Positions 18,013 to 20,000 of a stretch of DNA of 20,000 nucleotides are shown here, in pieces. The DNA is from an uncultured virus (IMG/VR IMGVR_UViG_3300031760_003860) (taxonomy: Duplodnaviria > Heunggongvirae > Uroviricota > Caudoviricetes): the IMG/VR virus record IMGVR_UViG_3300031760_003860; one strand, written 5' to 3'. The position numbers were made by a program, and so were the translations under genes. The notes below the pieces were generated by a model that was not told the DNA's origin, did not search any database, and worked only from the letters and a program-made list of their open reading frames with translations. Positions within the stretch are counted from its first letter, which is position 1; each line of letters starts with the position of its first letter.

Positions 18013-18139
18013 ATATCTGTTTTCAATTAACGGTGATGGGGGTGGACTGGAGCCACACAGGGCTCCAGCTCCACTTTATCCCCATCACCTTGGGATTAAA
18101 ACGCCTTACGGCGTGATTAAATACAGAAAGCCGGCGCAA
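18013..18139 (-). repeat. 127-bp direct repeat copy 1: gene 3' end (IMH) + small hairpin + long GC-rich hairpin
   Basis: Identical to 19874-20000. Contains APAFCI-stop codons, ACGCC-gtaa-GGCGT (18101-18114, minus) and a 23-bp three-segment stem (18032-18089). Confidence 0.97.
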
Positions 18140-19751
18140 GCCCATTAGCGGTGTTCGCACTGCCGCCGCTGACGTTGCCGTTGCAGTTCACACTACGGAA
18201 ACCAGAGTTCCCGTCGCCGCCCACATAAGACGAACGGAGCCACCAATCTTGAGCTGAAGTACCATCTATACCTAGATATTTGATACGATTTGAAGCAGTC
18301 TTATAATACTCATATTGAGTACCATCGCTTCCATGCCCATAATCAGATTCCGGCAATGCCTGTGTACCATACACTTCCATTTCAGATAACAAAAATATCT
18401 CGTCATCTGTAGTAGTAGAACCTCTATAAGAAGAATAAGAAGAATATGATGTTTTGGCATATCTATAAGTTACTTTACTTACTTTCTTTATAAGAGATAC
18501 TAAACCTGCAGGTAATGCATTCTTAAATCCATTATTACACCAAGTTCTTCTAGGAGAATCTTTCCATAAAGAATAATTTGGACCCGTATAGTTAGCATAC
18601 ATATAACCTTTTGTTCCTAGACAGAATTTACTATGAATAGTTAATGCGGCTTTCGTTACTCCATTAACAGGATTTACTAAATCATCATGAGCGCTATCAA
18701 TGATAGTTAAATCTATATACTGAGCACTTTGACCTCCTCCCGTTGTACCTAAAGATATTGCATTTAATTGCACTCTCTTTGTATCTCCATTACTCCAATA
18801 ATCTGTAATATCAATATCACCATTGTAATGGGCTTCAATCATTGCAGCAATATCTTCCCAGCTACCGTCTGCCCATGTAACGATATTCAATGATTTAATA
18901 ATAGCATTTACACTTGTACTTCCTGTTTCTCTGTTTTTACTATTATACGTATAAACCTTAAAGTAATACGTTGTATCTAATACTAAATTGTTGAACGTTG
19001 CACTTCCCGCCGTTAATTCACTAACAACAGTACCATCTGTACTTGATGACGGTTCACTACCTGCTTTCATTACAACAGTTGCTGTTGTATTAGATGGTAA
19101 GGTAAATGTAACCGTTGCACTCATATTATCTTTATTTGTAGAAACAGCTATATTAGTTGCTGCTTCTGGATAAATAATAGCTGGTGTAACACCTATTGTA
19201 CTAGTTGTGGTATAAACTCCATCTGTTGTCTTAGGGAATATTCCATAATAGTAAGTTACACCATTAGTTAATCCGGTATCTACATAACCTTCTGTAGAAT
19301 ATTGATTTTTTGTTGTATTTGTTAATATTACTACACCATCTGTTTCATCTGTAGGAGCAGTTCCTTCTTTTCTTACTAATATTGTACTATCCCACTCTGC
19401 TAATGTGAATCCTTCAACAACAGCATCATCTGGGTCAGTCCATTTAATAGTTGCTTCTTCATCACCACCTTGTATTTCTACACCATTTGGTTGATTTAAT
19501 TGTATAGAAGAACCCCCCGTTTTAATTACTATCCATTCTCCGGAAGAATTTTTAACTGCTAGTTCACCATTCAAATAACGTAAATCATTTGCTCCTTCTT
19601 CTGAAGCGATAGATTTGTTACTTATTGCTGCAATAGCACCTGTAAGAGTACCATCACCAATAGAAGATATATCAGAATCACCTATAGATATATCTTCTGC
19701 CTTCGGATTAACCCCACCAATTTTTTCTTTTTTATATATAAAAGTTGACAT
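18117..19751 (-). CDS. DGR target protein: tail fibre/adhesin with two FN3-like domains and C-terminal CLec-fold (DUF6273-like) variable domain
   Basis: AAAGGAG RBS; DISSIGDGTLTGAI fibre motif; GLTNGVTYYYGIF and NLVLDTTYYFKVY FN3 motifs; IFLLSEMEV and WWLRS...GLAPAFCI C-terminus. Confidence 0.88.
   Translation of the reverse strand: MSTFIYKKEKIGGVNPKAEDISIGDSDISSIGDGTLTGAIAAISNKSIASEEGANDLRYLNGELAVKNSSGEWIVIKTGGSSIQLNQPNGVEIQGGDEEATIKWTDPDDAVVEGFTLAEWDSTILVRKEGTAPTDETDGVVILTNTTKNQYSTEGYVDTGLTNGVTYYYGIFPKTTDGVYTTTSTIGVTPAIIYPEAATNIAVSTNKDNMSATVTFTLPSNTTATVVMKAGSEPSSSTDGTVVSELTAGSATFNNLVLDTTYYFKVYTYNSKNRETGSTSVNAIIKSLNIVTWADGSWEDIAAMIEAHYNGDIDITDYWSNGDTKRVQLNAISLGTTGGGQSAQYIDLTIIDSAHDDLVNPVNGVTKAALTIHSKFCLGTKGYMYANYTGPNYSLWKDSPRRTWCNNGFKNALPAGLVSLIKKVSKVTYRYAKTSYSSYSSYRGSTTTDDEIFLLSEMEVYGTQALPESDYGHGSDGTQYEYYKTASNRIKYLGIDGTSAQDWWLRSSYVGGDGNSGFRSVNCNGNVSGGSANTANGLAPAFCI
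18127..18245 (-). other. DGR variable region (VR)
   Basis: Abrupt GC-rich stretch TGG TGG CTC CGT TCG TCT TAT GTG GGC GGC GAC GGG AAC TCT GGT TTC CGT AGT GTG AAC TGC AAC GGC AAC GTC AGC GGC GGC AGT GCG AAC ACC GCT AAT GGG CTT GCG CCG GCT; codons dominated by NNC/NNT, almost no third-position A, as expected from AAY template codons. Confidence 0.8.
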
Positions 19752-19777
19752 AAACTTCTCTCCTTTCGTTTTATTAT

Positions 19778-19789
19778 TAGTAAATTGTT
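19778..19789 (-). promoter_or_regulatory. AACA-N6-TA putative late phage promoter
   Basis: Minus strand AACA-atttac-TA about 27 nt before ATG 19751. Confidence 0.55.
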
Positions 19790-19835
19790 AAAAGAATAAA
19801 AAATATACGAAAATAGTTATTATAAAGAAAATAAA

Positions 19836-19868
19836 AGAGAATACCTTTATATAAAGATATTCTCTCTT
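19836..19868 (-). terminator. Probable terminator for the upstream (out-of-window) gene
   Basis: Imperfect inverted repeat AGAGAATA-CCTTTATATAAAG-ATATTCTCT with a T run on the minus strand. Confidence 0.5.
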
Positions 19869-19873
19869 ATAAT

Positions 19874-20000
19874 ATATCTGTTTTCAATTAACGGTGATGG
19901 GGGTGGACTGGAGCCACACAGGGCTCCAGCTCCACTTTATCCCCATCACCTTGGGATTAAAACGCCTTACGGCGTGATTAAATACAGAAAGCCGGCGCAA
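19874..20000 (-). repeat. 127-bp direct repeat copy 2: 3' end of a second probable DGR target gene (truncated by window edge)
   Basis: Identical to 18013-18139, including APAFCI-TAA (stop at 19978-19980) and both hairpins. Confidence 0.95.

Noticed and set aside
3066..19173. Short overlapping ORFs in the track (3066, 3761, 5076, 5661, 5998, 7218, 7797, 8251, 9734, 11400, 12612, 12935, 15374, 16651, 18272, 18988)
   Set aside because: Antisense or alternate-frame shadows of better supported genes, without RBS or motifs.
19874..20000. Template repeat of the DGR
   Set aside because: Carries the same stop, IMH and hairpins as the target and shows no A-specific differences in the visible part; cannot be fully excluded at the window edge.
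1..20000. Stop codon reassignment (TAG read as Gln)
   Set aside because: Long ORFs are intact in code 11 and several genes end at TAG directly before an RBS or terminator (1166, 11519, 15065).
1..20000. CRISPR array or tRNA genes
   Set aside because: No regularly spaced repeats or cloverleaf motifs were seen.

Overview
AT-rich, gene-dense segment that reads as a jumbo phage of the phiKZ/PBS1-AR9 supergroup, probably infecting a Firmicute (strong GGAGG Shine-Dalgarno sites, standard code). It carries a phage multisubunit RNA polymerase beta-prime C-terminal subunit, probable virion/baseplate proteins, a minimal PolB-like protein, a kinase-fold protein, a radical SAM enzyme, two paralogous HNH-like proteins and an accessory block (P-loop, XRE HTH, DUF2829/Tad2-like, lipoprotein). 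The ORF track misses three layers. (1) An ORF-less group I intron (112-596) splits the first gene. (2) A 1284-nt group I intron in the RNAP gene carries an internally deleted TnpB plus an IS607-like omegaRNA/right end at the 3' splice site and has no TnpA, i.e. a phage IStron-like, potentially RNA-guided homing intron with a non-canonical 5' junction. (3) A diversity-generating retroelement (DGR) target gene (FN3 + C-terminal CLec-like variable region) has its last codons and two downstream hairpins repeated identically (127 bp) at the window end, pointing to a second tandem target. An AACA-N6-TA motif, matching the AR9 late promoter consensus, recurs upstream of several genes. All family calls are by motif recognition only; no searches were run.
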